Below, piece after piece: positions 27,522-42,393 of a DNA stretch of 64,000 bases. The DNA is taken from positions 35,650,001 through 35,714,000 of the forward strand of contig OX597828.1 in assembly GCA_951406725.2 (NCBI GenBank), written 5' to 3'. Under the pieces are notes generated by a model. That model ran no database searches. It was not told where the DNA came from and was given only the letters and a program-made list of their open reading frames with translations. The position numbers and the translations under genes were made by a program. The stretch comes from Octopus vulgaris. Its lineage: Eukaryota. The stretch's first letter is position 1. Each line of letters opens with the position of its first letter.

Positions 27522-28318
27522 GGGTAATTATTTTGTATGGCTTTAAAATGACACGCATGAAGTTAATAGAGGAAAAAGACCAACTCAAGACTCCCTTGCT
27601 CACAATATATAAATACAGATCATGTGTCGATAGCCAGCTAGAAAACATGTTTTCCTGGGGCTAAAAAGTACTGACAATGTCGTACGTACGACTATCACGT
27701 TGCGTTGGCAAATAGACTTTATCGGATCCCGATTCGCTATTGGTAAAATACTGTCAGGGGAAATAACTCTAATATTACAAACAACTGTATATTAGAGTTA
27801 TTTCCCTTAACATATAATTGAACGTTTTGTCTCGCTTTACGTCACATCTTGTTCTTACATAATATGCAACAACTTCGTAAAGATTTTATTGCGATTGTGT
27901 AGATGGAACTTGGTAGCAATTAAAGTAGTAGTAGTAGGGCTGTTAGTGAACAGATTTGGTGCAACGTACCATTAAATGCATTGCTGTTACGCACTTAGTT
28001 TCATTTGTTTACTTTAATGAGTTCAAATTACGCGAGGACTTTTTTTTTCGTCTTTCCAAATTTGCTATAATATTAAGTACTATAAAGTACTGAGGGGGAT
28101 TAAATTGGCGATGTCTCCCTTTCAATATGGTATTTGTGAATAGTTTGGCAATTTGCGGTACACTTCCACTGCAAAGAAAAGCACAGCGGTTTCAACTTTG
28201 AGTTAATAGCAATCATTTCGTTGTTTGTAGATGTGTCTGTGTGTGCGCGCGCGTGTGTGTGTGTGTGTGTGTGCGTGCGTGTGCGTGCGTGCGTGTGCGT
28301 GCGTGCGTGCGTGCGTGC

Positions 28319-28375
<57 letters not shown>

Positions 28376-28469
28376 TTTGAGCAATACATTACTGGTTATG
28401 GCATAATCCTGGACAGGCTATTACCCCCAGTTTCACATCGACCTTGCCAAAACTGACGACTCTAACATA

Positions 28470-28525
<56 letters not shown>

Positions 28526-28637
28526 CAGGCTAGAGTATTAATTTTTCTTGAATACATATTTTGTTTTTTATTATTTCTACTCTTTTATTGGGTACAACCA
28601 TTTGTCTGCATTAATGTTGAAAGCATCATAATGGGTC

Positions 28638-28728
<91 letters not shown>

Positions 28729-28946
28729 TTTTGTCTTCTTTGTGTTATGTCTTGTATTACTGAGTCCACATTCTCCTGTGGGACCTTTCCATGAGAATGC
28801 TACCATTGAAATATTGCATCCTTCTGAAAACTTAGCACTTGAGAAAATCAACAAAATCTGTGAGAAGGCATTAGTGACAACAACGAAGATGCCATTACTG
28901 TTCTTTTTCACCTACTGACTTTTGTTTCATCTTGTTGCACTTGCAG

Positions 28947-29059
28947 GCTGGAGCGTCTGGATGTGAAGAACCTGGATCGCCAGATTTACGCCTCACTCCC
29001 CTCATTGCAGAGAACGGCAATGCAGATATAGAAATTCCACACATGACACCAAAGCAAAA
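28947..29059 (+). CDS. Candidate internal exon of the plus-strand gene
   Basis: Branch-like tactgac about 30 nt upstream, acceptor cttgcag|, donor AA|gtaatt. Phase-0 frame open: AGASGCEEPGSPDLRLTPLIAENGNADIEIPHMTPKQ. The alternative frame stops at 29029-29031. Confidence 0.5.
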
Positions 29060-30002
29060 GTAATTTTTTTCTTTTTTTTCACAAATATTTCAGAATATGT
29101 ATCCAAGAAATTTCTTGCTAGTTGTTCCTATGTTTCAGCTCTGATTTAGCAGACATGTGGCCGAAGTCTCACCAGCAATGAACACCTGTTTTCTCAAATA
29201 TTTTTTCAGACCTACTATGAGGGGGTTTTGCTGCTATTTCTTATCCAGTTAATTTTAAAGACCATTTAGTGTATCCAAACACAGGTTTGGTTTAAATTAT
29301 TTTATACCATTCTCCTGCAGTTAATGCAATAAGTATTAGCAATATGATTCCACAGAACCAACTGACCAAAACCATTTCCAAGACGGAAGCAATCAAACTT
29401 GTTAGTGGCATCCTTTTTTAATATTCCCGGCATTAAATATATTAACTAGAAATAAACATGTGTTGATTAGTATAAAACAATATTAGTAGGTACATAATTT
29501 ATATTTGTCATTTTTACTGTCAAATACTTAAGGCAACTGCAGACAGATTTTAGTCTTATTCTGACCTCAACAGCCATCACAGCCTTCACAATATTTCACA
29601 AATTAATACATATCTACAGGCATTTTTAAATCCAGGACTCACAGGGCTGGTTACCCAATTTCTATGGCATTTAAATGACTAAGACTACAACATTCCCCTT
29701 GAATTGGATGCCTGTCCATTGCAGGGTTATTCATTTACAAGTGAGTGGTCTGAGGCCACAGGACTGGAAGTGTTTTGTGCAGCATCCTACTGACTAGGCC
29801 TTGTACTTTCACTTTATTTATTAACAGAGCAAAATGGAATTGTTTAGAGATTAACTGAGTCAGTGTCAAACGTCTACAAAGACCACTAACAACTTGATAT
29901 ATATATATATATATAGACACACGACAAGCTTCTTCTAGTTTCCGTCTACCAAATCTAGTCACAAGGCTTCGGGCGGCCTGAGGCTATGGTACATGTATTG
30001 CA

Positions 30003-30198
30003 AAGGTGGCGAGCTGGCAGAATCGTTAGCATGCCAGGCAAATGCTTAGTGGCTTTACATCCTGAGTTCAAATTCTGCCAAGGATGACTTCGCCTTTCAT
30101 CAATAAAATAAGTACCAATAAAGCACTGGGGTCTGTGTAATCCACTTTGCCCCTCCCCTGAAATTGCTGGCCTTGTGCTAAAATTTTAAACCAATATT
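30003..30198 (+). mobile_element. SINE family D
   Basis: Head ggcgagctggcagaatcgttagc, B box gagttcaaattc, conserved gcctttcatc...aagtacca block. Copies at 36206, 44915, 49490 and 61645. Confidence 0.75.
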
Positions 30199-32254
30199 CT
30201 TATTGCAAAGAGCATGGAAAAAGATAAGTGAGCAATGAGAAAATAGCAATATTAGTTAATGAGTGCTATTTCCTGAAAATACAGAAAATTCTTTTCTCAA
30301 GAGAATTTAAAAGGAAAATTCTTTTTTTATTTCTTTCTTAAAATGAAATCTCTGTAAATCTCTGTAAAATAATGTCATTTGTATGTAATTCAAAGGAATA
30401 CTTTATTTTTAAATGCATCGAAATTGTTTCTCATTGAAATATTTGTTTTTGGTTGCTTGTGAAAGCAACAACATAAATGAGTGAAATTGAACAGTTAATT
30501 GTGGCCTAATCCAGTGTTTGTCTGGGGAGGGAGCAAGCCTCCTAGACGTGGTAGTAGTGGGGGGGGGGGGTATCTGCGAGAATTGAAAAAAGAGCAGATA
30601 AAATCTTATGGTTAGTGAAATGTACTTCATTAGCTTGCAGTTGTTTCTGCTGTAAAATGTAATGCACTCATATGTGAGTGATTGTGTATCACATGTCTAA
30701 TGAAATTAAAATGGCTTTAAATATTTAAACTTGTCTAACTACCCTATGGCAAACAAAGAAGAATGATACAAAGGCAAGCTCTAATTTTGTCTTATCTTAA
30801 ATAAAGAGTGAGGGCAGGTGGGAAAGGATATTCACTAAAATTTGGGTAAAGACTATTGTTAGTTTGACAACCCCTAAATGCCCAAATACCCAAATTATTG
30901 AACTATTTAATGAGTTAAATCGCTTTACCAAATTGCTTTTGAATTCTTCAGAGTCTGAGAATCAAATAAATCAACTCCGAACTTTCCTCCATATACTTCT
31001 GGTTGGGTTCATCATAAGTGGAGGTGCGTGGCTTAGTGGTTAGGGTGTTGGAATCATAATCATAAGATTGTGGTTTCAATTCCTGGACCAGGCAACATGT
31101 TGTGTTCTTGAGCAAAATACTTCATTTCATGTTGCCCAGCCACTTGGCTGGTAAAAAGGAGTAATCTCCGGGAATGGACTGGCATCCCATCCCAGGAGGA
31201 ATATTTACACCAGACAAGCCAGAAAACTTGTCCAAAGCACCATATGGAGTAATGTGGACTAACATTTTCCCCAAATTAGGAATCTGTAAGAATACAAAAT
31301 ACATTTTATACATTTTTGTTTTCAACATAGCCACATTCTTAGATTATTTAATTATTATTTTCATTTTCCAGCAGTTACAGTTTTTATTATTCTTTATGTT
31401 TTTAGTTTAATTTTTTATATTATAAATTTATTTTAATTTTCATTAAAACATTTTAATTTTCATTTTATGTTTTTTTTTTATTTTCAGTTTAAATGAAGAC
31501 GAACTTTGAAAATTAAATTAAAAAGAACTATTGAGAATTTTAATTTTTTTCCCTTGGAACTGTTTCTAACACTCCATACCAAAATTTTTTTAAAAAATGA
31601 AATATATCTGCTAATATTTGCTGGATAATATCATTGCATCGATCTATGCTATCAATTGGATAGCAAAAGAAACAAATTTGAAACAAAAAGACATCATGAA
31701 GAAATAATTTTCTGGTTTTATTTTTTCTTAACTTTTTTCTTTTCAAATTGGAGAATTAACCTAAAAATATGAAAAGCAAATGAACAAAAATGTCTTCATA
31801 CAAGGAATATCTAAACGAAGAACTAATAAAAGAAAGATAATATTTTAAAGTTTTAAGACAAGGAAGACCAAACGTTGAAGATACATTCAGTGGAGTTTAA
31901 TCGGCACTTTATACCGTCAGTTCTTATCATGACACCAGTTGCAGTCAAGTAAAAGATATATTCAAAACATGTACGTACATATATATGTACCTATATATAT
32001 ATTCTTTTCTACGATAAGAATATAACGTCAATAAAATTGCCGGCTGAACTCTTCGACACTCCCTTCTCCTTCTCAAGTAAGAATTTCCAAGGACTCGACC
32101 TTTGGTAACTTGTCGAAATAGCAGAGGTAGCAAAATTATCTCATAAGGAAAGTCACCATACAAAATATAATATACAAATGCACACACATAGCACACACTT
32201 ACACAGAAATACAAACATTATACACATTATATATATATATATTCATACACACAC

Positions 32255-32316
<62 letters not shown>

Positions 32317-32319
32317 GTA

Positions 32320-32372
<53 letters not shown>

Positions 32373-32610
32373 ACAAACACATATACCTGGGATTGAGTTT
32401 GAGTAAGATATAAAGAAAATATAAAATACATGAAACAAAAGAGCAAAAGAAGAGGAGGAAGATGAGGGAGAAGGAAATGAAAACCTATGCGATTTCTTGC
32501 TCATTCGTCTTAGGTCTGTTTCAAATATTTTCAACCTGCTGTATACTGAATTATTCAAAAATTATTTACCAAATAAAAAAAAAGCAAAAAAATGCTATTT
32601 GTCAGTCAGG

Positions 32611-32670
<60 letters not shown>

Positions 32671-33272
32671 CATTATTATTCTTTTCTTTTTTTTTTTGAC
32701 AAATTACAAAACTTTAAAATGCAAAAAAAAAATATATAAATAAATAAATTTAAAGAAATTTGCTGTGATAAGTTTGGAAAACTTAACAGAATGAGAAGAA
32801 TTAATTACTGAACAATTAATTACTGAACAATTAAAACAAAAATATGAAACATAAACAGTTGAATTACTACGACTGAAACACAGAGAAAAAACATTAAAAA
32901 AAAAACATTATAAAAAAAGATAAACAAAAATGGTTAAAATTAAAATCCATTTGTTGTTGGAAAAAAAATTAATTTTAATCAAAATATTATGAAGTAATTA
33001 CTAAAACAGAATCAAATTATTACAATGATATATAAAGAAAATTATAGAACTCAACTGAATGAAACAAAGACAAAATATGGAAAGAAATATTAACTAAAAA
33101 ATATCAATTGTTCGGCATCTGGTCTAAGGAAGAGGCTGGAATTATTAGCAAAGCAATCACAGTTACTCGTGTCATTCATTATATTGCATGTGTATAATGT
33201 GCATATGTACATATATATATATACACACACATTCATATATACATATGTACACACATATACATATATATATAT

Positions 33273-33308
<36 letters not shown>

Positions 33309-33383
33309 GTGTGTGTGTAGGTATATATATATATATAAACATATGTATATATGTACAATGCACATGCATATGTGTATATATAT

Positions 33384-33437
<54 letters not shown>

Positions 33438-34149
33438 GTATATACATTTGTATGTGTATGTATGTATATATATATATATACATATATATACATACATGTG
33501 TATATAAATACATATACATACATTTATACATGTACATATATATGTGTTTTTGTGTGAATAAACTGACAAGTAGATACATATGTATATATATGTATGCACA
33601 CACATACAGACACATGTATCATATATGTGTGTATGTATATATATATAATAATTATACACACACACACACACACATATATATATATGATTACACATGAAAA
33701 TACACATATATATGTGTATATATGTATATATATATATATAAACACAAATACATATATAAATATATATTTCTGTAAAAAGATGAAGAAGCTGAAGAAGAAC
33801 CAAACAAGAAAAGAACGAAAGAAAGTCAGAAGGAAAGATTGAAACATGAAATGAAAATATCTCTGCTGCCACACTAAAAGACCAATTCTTCATTGAAATA
33901 GTTATTTTTGGACAAAAACAGACAGGATTACAGCACCATTTTCATTAGTTATTATTGTGTAAGGTGTCATAATAGATGTATATTCCTCCCAGCCCTGACC
34001 CCAACAGCCACAGACTTACTGTATACATTATCCCCATGACACCTGTTTTGTTACTGCTTCTCATGGTAATGACTATGTTATGATCAGTGTGTGTATTCAT
34101 GTATACAAATATGTGTGTGTGTATGTACACATATGTATGTGTGTATATA

Positions 34150-34198
<49 letters not shown>

Positions 34199-34220
34199 AT
34201 ATATAAATAGATAGATATAG

Positions 34221-34268
<48 letters not shown>

Positions 34269-34778
34269 ACATATAAGTGAGTATATGTAAGTATATGCAT
34301 ATGTAAATGTTTACAACATTTATATACACACATGCAGTCTCAAGTACATCATGTGCACAAATTCACATGCTCAGAAATACATGTACACACAGTCACACAC
34401 ACACACACACACACACATTTATGTATACACCCTTTCAAATATTATTAAACATATATTTACTGATTCAAACATTTACGAAAGACTATTTGTATGCATATGT
34501 GTGTATATATGTGTGTGTGTGTGTGTGCGTGTACTGAGTATGTATATATATATATATATATATATAGACCTGTATATGTATGTATGTGTATATATATATA
34601 TGTATATATATATATGTATATATATATTTATGTATATATATATATATGTCTATATATATACATATATATATGCATGTGTGTGTGCGTGCATGTGTGTGTG
34701 TGAGCATATATATGTGTATATATAAATATATATGTTTATATATACATTCATATATATACATATACATACATATGTATA

Positions 34779-34825
<47 letters not shown>

Positions 34826-35119
34826 TTTAAGTATTTAATTGCTAAGTGGTTTTATTATAGATACACATACATACAAATACATTAATAACTCTACTTCACA
34901 TTCTCTCTCTCTCTCTCTCTCCGTCTCCCTCTCTCTCTCGTTCTCTCTCCCCTTTCCACATATCTAAACACGCAGAAGAATATAGTATAATTAATTACAC
35001 ACACACACACCCACACATATATATATATGTATTCTATATGTATATGTGTGTATATATGCATGTGTATATGTAAGTATATATGTGTATGTACATTAATATA
35101 TTAGGTATACGTGTTTGTG

Positions 35120-35168
<49 letters not shown>

Positions 35169-36205
35169 GTGTTTGTATGCACTTCCCACCAATGGTAATA
35201 ACAAGAAAACCATTTTTCAGCAGCTACATCAACAACAACGAAATAATTTTGTTAGAATTTATTCTTAAATTCATTTGTGTGTGTGTGTGTGTGTGTGAAT
35301 TCTTCTGTGTACGTGCATGTGAGTACACACATGCACACATTTTCACATTCACATACATGCACAAATAGACATAGACATTTGTATGTATTTATATTCAGCT
35401 TCTTTTCTTTTCCAAAATTGTTCTGACTCGTTAGGAAACTTAATCATTGTCCATGGTAACTATGTAAGCCTTAAAGTTAGTCATACTTCAGTTTCCATAG
35501 CAACCAACTAAACTCTAAACTCTATACTTCAGTTATGTTGCGTTTGCTCAGCTTTCTACTATCTCCATTAAGTTCCCTTTGCTTCTTCTCTTTAGATCAT
35601 ATTTTAATCACTGCCTGTTTACAGCTTTCAACTGCCTTTTTCTCATTTCATAACAATGTCCGCAGTTCATAGTTATTTTCATTATCAATCTCCATACTTT
35701 ATTTCATAATCAATCACCAGGTTATACTGCTTCTTCTCTGCCTTTCTCATTTTTTTATACAGCTTTCACTCAATCATTTTACCAACCCTTAAGTTCATAC
35801 TTAGGTCTATACTCAGTATCCATTGCAACCACTCGAGTATATTGTCTCAAAGCCTTTGTCAGCTTTTTACTGCCTCTATTCATACCAATGTCTTATCAAC
35901 TTAGAGTCATACATTTCTGCATCCATAGCTCTCCTCAGCTTTTGTCAGCTTTCTACTGCCTTTACATAACCTTTTTACTCTTGTACTCAGACCACATCAT
36001 CCAACTCTATTTCATTCTCATACTGAGGCTCAATTGCTGCAGTAATCTTTAAGGTTTAAATGATGTTTATATTGAAGTCCTTAACGCAATCCTGCAGGTC
36101 GTCATACTTCAGCTCATACTCAGATAATACACCAACCTTCTTGATTAAACTCCAGCATAAACTCTTCCCCAGGATGAGAAACCTTGTTGATATCAGAGGC
36201 AAAAC

Positions 36206-36420
36206 TGGCAGCGAGCTGGCAGAACCATTAGCATGATGGATAGAATGCTCTGTGGGTCTTCTCTTGGCTTTGCGTTCTGAGTTCAAATTCTGCTGAGGAT
36301 GACTCTGCCTTTCATCCTTTCAAGGTCAATAAAATCAAGTACCAGTTGAGTACTGGGGTCAATGTAAATCTACTAGCTCCTCCCCACAAATTCTCAGGCC
36401 TTGTGCCTAGAGCAGAATAA
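36206..36420 (+). mobile_element. SINE family D
   Basis: Colinear with 30003-30198. Confidence 0.75.
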
Positions 36421-37036
36421 ATATCACAGGCAAAACTTGCAAGTAAGAAATTCTAAGATGAATCTTTGCTGAGAAAAATAATGAATCTTCAATTTTATTA
36501 ACTTTTACAAAAATTGCTGTTTTGCTCAAAATAAAACATTTTTCTGTGATTTTAGAAACAGGTCATTTTGAATCTCAATGCAGGTTAAATTTCTCCCACG
36601 AAAAAAAAAGTTTTGTGCCCCACTTCTGTGATGTAGCAGGATCCCAGGTTCCATTTTAGTTCCTGCACAGATGCTATACCAATCCTAATATTAATATTTT
36701 CTCAATAGTTTAGTTTTCCATGCTGATCCTTAATCAATTTCCATAGCAACCACTTTTGTTATGCTGTCAAGTCATTCAATATTTATATTTGTTATTTTTT
36801 TGTGCTTGATATTGTTGATTTTTATTTCATCCATACATACAATACACTTGCACATGACATGTTTGTGTATATGATGTGTGTGTGTGCATATATATATATA
36901 TATATACATATATACATGCATATATATATATACATATATATACATGCATATACACACAACACACACATATATATATACATATATATATCATTCATAAAAA
37001 TACATACCTATATATATATACATACATGTGCACACT

Positions 37037-37105
<69 letters not shown>

Positions 37106-37161
37106 AGTGACAACAAATGAATGAGACCTTGATATTAGAGAAATAGGAGATTATTTATATA

Positions 37162-37373
37162 TGTTATAATTTATAACAAACCATAAAAAGTTGTAATTAT
37201 AGTACTCAGAGTTTCAAATGTTGGAATGAAGAGCTATGATGCATTCTTGTCGGCTATTAATAGCAACAGACCCATTAATAGCCAACAAGAATGCATCGCA
37301 GCTCTTCACTTCGACATTTGAAACTCTGAGTACTATAATGACAAACTTTTACAGTTTGTTACAAATTATAACA
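37162..37373. repeat. Fold-back element with arms of about 100 bp and a 12-nt loop
   Basis: Inverted arms 37162-37261 and 37274-37373. Contains GAAACTCTGAGTA like the 7.5 kb hammerhead. TA-flanked. Confidence 0.85.
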
Positions 37374-37459
37374 CTATATATATATTTATAATACATATTC
37401 CTTCATGTATACACACACAGATATATATATATATACATATATACACATATATACACACA

Positions 37460-37497
<38 letters not shown>

Positions 37498-37498
37498 A

Positions 37499-37546
<48 letters not shown>

Positions 37547-38780
37547 CCTTCTTTTATTGCTTCTCACATGGAAGAAAGAGTACTCAATACGTGTTCTAGA
37601 ATAAATTTACTTATTTGGGGGTGACACAGGAAATGAACGATGCCTTCCAATGAAAATAAGAAGAAAGGTAAAAAGACCACATCTCAAAATGCTAGAATTC
37701 TCTTCTTCTCTTCTTATACTTGTAATCATTGTAAATAATTTGAAATTCTTCGAGATGACCATTTTTATCAGACATCTTTTTTTCGACATATGACCTTCTA
37801 TAAACAACAGCCATATCTTCTACAATCAACACTCTGCTACCTTAAAGGGTTTGTTGAATAATGTAACAAATACTAGAATCCCCGTACATAAAACAGGATG
37901 TTCATGGCATATGTTGTTGATAATAGATGGAACTAAAGAGGGCCAACCTAAGACTCAACAATTGGTACATTGGTTAAAAAATGAGCACCGTATGCTTGAC
38001 CTCTAAAGACCATAATATATATATATATATATAAATATATATATATAACTAAACTTCAAATTCCATATTGTCAGGGATCAAATTGCATCATCAGTAACAG
38101 AGTAGGGGTTGATTCCATCAATGTTTCTTTAGAATCCACTCTTAATCTCACTCAACTATGGAACCGGAATCAGTGAAAGAACTTCAATGTGGTTGCTGAA
38201 TCCACTGAAACAATAGCAACCTAAAAAATCATAATCTTGCATATTTGATAATAAAAAAAATGGTCTTTATTGAATAATGGATAATGGCAGTTCGAAATGA
38301 GATGTACTCAGTTTTTTTTTTAAAAAGATGTAAGGATGGTCATGGTTGGAATACTTTTGGTCATAAGTCTGCTCAATCAGTGTTGATGTGGAACTAAACA
38401 AAAACCAATATGTCTATATTTTTTTCTGAAATTGTAACATTTATTTCTTGAGAAAATTAAAGTAAAATAAAGATAGAGAGAAGAAAGCTTACTGTAATTT
38501 TTGTTGAAGTATTTTATGTGTTTCTTGGGGGGTGTTAATGTGATGTTAGTGGGATCTTTTGACAGTGAAATTGTTTAACATTTGAGATGTTACCACAATT
38601 GGTCAGAGTATCAATGTGTAGGGTACATACACATGCATACACACATGCATATATACATACACAGGAATAAACAGCACTACATAAGCATACCAGCAAATAT
38701 GCATGCATTCATACATGCACACATACATACATACATACATACATACATACATACATACATACATACACACACATACATAC

Positions 38781-38851
<71 letters not shown>

Positions 38852-38867
38852 CATACATATTTATATA

Positions 38868-38920
<53 letters not shown>

Positions 38921-38925
<5 letters not shown>

Positions 38926-39020
38926 GAAATGAAGAAAATGCTGACAAAATAATTTAAGTAAGGGAGAGTGCATTAAAATTTACTTAAATTATTTTGTCAG
39001 CATTTTCTTCATTTCCTTTT
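38921..39020. repeat. Short fold-back with arms of about 40 bp at (TA)n
   Basis: aaaggaaatgaagaaaatgctgacaaaataatttaagtaa / ttacttaaattattttgtcagcattttcttcatttccttt, 18-nt loop. Confidence 0.85.
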
Positions 39021-39126
39021 TTTATATATCACAACTCGTGTTCCACATCTCCTTTTTTAAATATATATATATATATATGGTAGAAATATGTTTTGAAAAA
39101 AATATAAAATACACGTGGAAATGTAA

Positions 39127-39535
39127 GGGTAAAATATGAAAAATCAACGAAAATGCATATTGTAGATATAAAAAGGCTATTTATGACAGGTAGTGACAAA
39201 TATATACATTTAGAGTATTACTAGTCAAAAAGGTCATTATTATTGATGATTATAAGAAGTTAATAATAATAATAATAATGTAAGAGACTGAAACGAACCA
39301 ATTGGTTTTCGCGTTAGCTATTCATCGTTTTCAAAACGATGAATAGCTAACGCGAAAACCAATTGGTTCGTTTCAGTCTCTTACATTATTATTATTATTA
39401 TTAACTTCTTATAATCATCAATAATAATGACCTTTTTGACTAGTAATACTCTAAATGTATATATTTGTCACTACCTGTCATAAATAGACTTTTTATATCT
39501 ACAATATGCATTTTCATTGATTTTTCATATTTTAC

Positions 39536-39537
<2 letters not shown>
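39127..39537. repeat. Near-perfect 411-bp palindrome between (TA)n tracts
   Basis: 205-bp arms with a single-base centre at 39332; two mismatches seen by eye. Confidence 0.95.
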
Positions 39538-39593
<56 letters not shown>

Positions 39594-39888
39594 CTCTCTT
39601 TGGGTTGTGGAATTGATTCTTGAAGTACATTGAAAAGCTGTTAACAATAGTATGTAAATATTGAAGTAAAAAACTCATTTGGATAGAAAAAGTTGAAGGC
39701 TGCCCATTGGACTTGAACCCACATCTCTTGTACCAAAGCAATCCTTTCAACTGTTCTATCCTTTTTAGATTAGAAATTTTCTGACATCAACAATATGTGT
39801 GTGTGTGTGTGTGTGCGTACATGTACATACTTACATACATATGCATATGCATATATACATACATATACATACATATACATATATATAT

Positions 39889-39941
<53 letters not shown>

Positions 39942-40059
39942 AGTATGTATATATGTATGTGTATATATATGTATGTATATGTATGTATGTATACACACAC
40001 ACACACATATATATATATACATATATACATTTATAGATATAGATACATATATATATATC

Positions 40060-40098
<39 letters not shown>

Positions 40099-40721
40099 TA
40101 TATAACACAGGTGATCTGGAATTAAGTAGCTACTGCTGCATATTGTAGAATGGAACACACTTCTGTCTTCATGATTCATGTTATAATATTATTAAAGAAT
40201 GTGGGTGATATCCACAGTTTATTCTCTCAGTGATTTCCTTATTCGTGGCTTATATGATATGCTGTATGTGCTCTGTGTGATATCGTTTTTATAAACTTAT
40301 GTTATATTTTTTACAGAATAATTGATTGTATGGAAATAGTTATTTATCTTACATCTTGTAGAATCGAGACTAAGCTAGCACTGATTTTTGTTGGGGGGGG
40401 GGGGTGCACGGACACGTGCATGTATGTGCATATGTGTGATTGTGCTTGTCTTGATAAGCTTGTGCTAATTGTACACAAACATTACCTTCATAGAAATGGT
40501 TGTCATTCGTTTGCAATCATCCATAAAAGCATGGCTGGCCGTTGTGTTATTCATTGTTCAAAGAACTATGGAAAATAGTACTTTAAGTGGAACCAGATAG
40601 TATCCAGCCAAACAATCTGCTTCCACAAATTTTGTCTGACCCATGCAGGCATGGAGAAGTGGAGGTTAACATGTAGATATTAGAAATGAACGGCTGAAAG
40701 AGCTTCAATGTTGTCAACAGA

Positions 40722-40791
40722 GAGTCAATGTTGTCAACACACAGTCAATACAGTCAACATAGAGTCAATACAGTCAACATAGAGTCAATAT
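40722..40791. repeat. 20-bp tandem repeat, about 3.5 copies
   Basis: agagtcaatacagtcaacat units. Confidence 0.8.
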
Positions 40792-41229
40792 AGCCTATTT
40801 GTAAACACACCACAACACTGTTGGACATTGTCACTAAATAATATACACCAGATGCTGTCAATGAAACAAAATACTGACTTCACAGCAGAACTATTGTTCA
40901 ACATGTAACAATACTGCTAATAGAATTATTCTAATACAATCACCGTGGCCCCAATACCATCAATATGGTGCCAATACAGAATACATTAACTAGATACCAT
41001 TGATATACTTCCAGTACCATTATCATTTCCCAATCACGTGGTTTTGGGTTCAGTCCCACGGCACGGCACATTGGGCAGGTATCTTCTACAACAGCCTTGG
41101 GATGAGCAAAGCTTTGTGAGTGGGTTTGGCAAAAACTGTTGTATGTGTGTATATCATCATCATCATCATCATTATCATCATCATCATCATCGCTTAACGT
41201 CTGCCTTCCATGCTGGCATGGGTGGGACT

Positions 41230-41350
<121 letters not shown>

Positions 41351-41371
41351 TATATACATATGTATATGTAA

Positions 41372-41414
<43 letters not shown>

Positions 41415-41435
41415 TATATACATATGTATATGTAA

Positions 41436-41480
<45 letters not shown>

Positions 41481-41759
41481 TATGTGTGTATATTATGTAT
41501 GTGTGCATGTTTGTGTGTGGCCTTGTCTAGACATCATGTGATTGTTGCAAATGGACATCATCATCATCATCGTACAAGTGAAATTGTTCATTTCCATTTC
41601 CACTGTTCTGTGAAAAATGTGCATGGCTGTATGGAAATATTGCTCTGCTTAGAAATAGGTGGGGATTGGCAGCAGGGCAGGCATCTGGTCTTAGGAAATC
41701 TGCTACAACAAATTCCGTCTGACACACGTACACATATAAAAGTGGATGTCAAACAATGA

Positions 41760-41807
<48 letters not shown>

Positions 41808-41981
41808 ATAAATATTAGGGAATAAATCCAAATTTACAGGGAAAAATCAGATTTAGGATTAAATCCAATTTTATAGTAAAATATTATATAATATAATTCG
41901 AGACAAAACCACTATTTTGCAAAACAAACAAGGAAAGACTTAATCAATACATAAAAATTTTTAATATAAAGAAATAAACCG

Positions 41982-42024
41982 CCACTACAATCGTTTCATG
42001 TCTTCAATGACATTCGTCAGGTGG
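41982..42024 (-). ncRNA. Minimal type I hammerhead ribozyme, intact core
   Basis: Minus strand: CCAC CUGACGA AUGUC-auugaa-GACAU GAA AC-gauu-GU A GUGG. Stems I, II and III pair, all core nucleotides are present, and the cleavage triplet is GUA. Confidence 0.8.
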
Positions 42025-42219
42025 ATTTTCGATCTCCTAATCTGTTACACACACATATATGTATGTATGTATGTATAGATATATATGTTGCATAGCATAC
42101 ACATATATATATATATATCAGTATCCATACATACAAATACACACACACACACCAAACACACACGCAAATGTGCATACTACATTTTTGTATAAATTAAAAC
42201 AGATTAGGAGATCGAAAAT

Positions 42220-42262
42220 CCACCTGACGGATGTCATTGAAGACATGAAACGATTGTAGTGG
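42220..42262 (+). ncRNA. Inverted copy of the same hammerhead with an A9G core change
   Basis: ccac ctgacgG atgtc attgaa gacat gaaa cgattgta gtgg. Confidence 0.7.
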
Positions 42263-42347
42263 CGGTTTATTTCTTTATATTAAAAATTTTTATGTATTGA
42301 ATAAGACTTTCCTTGTTTGTTTTGCAAAATATGGTTTTGTCTCGAAT

Positions 42348-42393
<46 letters not shown>

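Larger units (their letters stand above)
41803..42357. mobile_element. Fold-back hammerhead element in (TA)n
   Basis: Inverted arms 41886-42046 and 42198-42357, nearly identical. The left arm extends to the TA tract. The spacer is a copy of 42654-42803. Confidence 0.85.

Noticed and set aside
30409-30578. Minus-strand acceptor-like site ttctcgcag|ATACCC
   Set aside because: No clear donor or partner exons, and the peptide is low-complexity.
39333-39380. Functional hammerhead at the palindrome centre
   Set aside because: The core lacks C3-U4 and stem II is only 2 bp; kept only as a resemblance.
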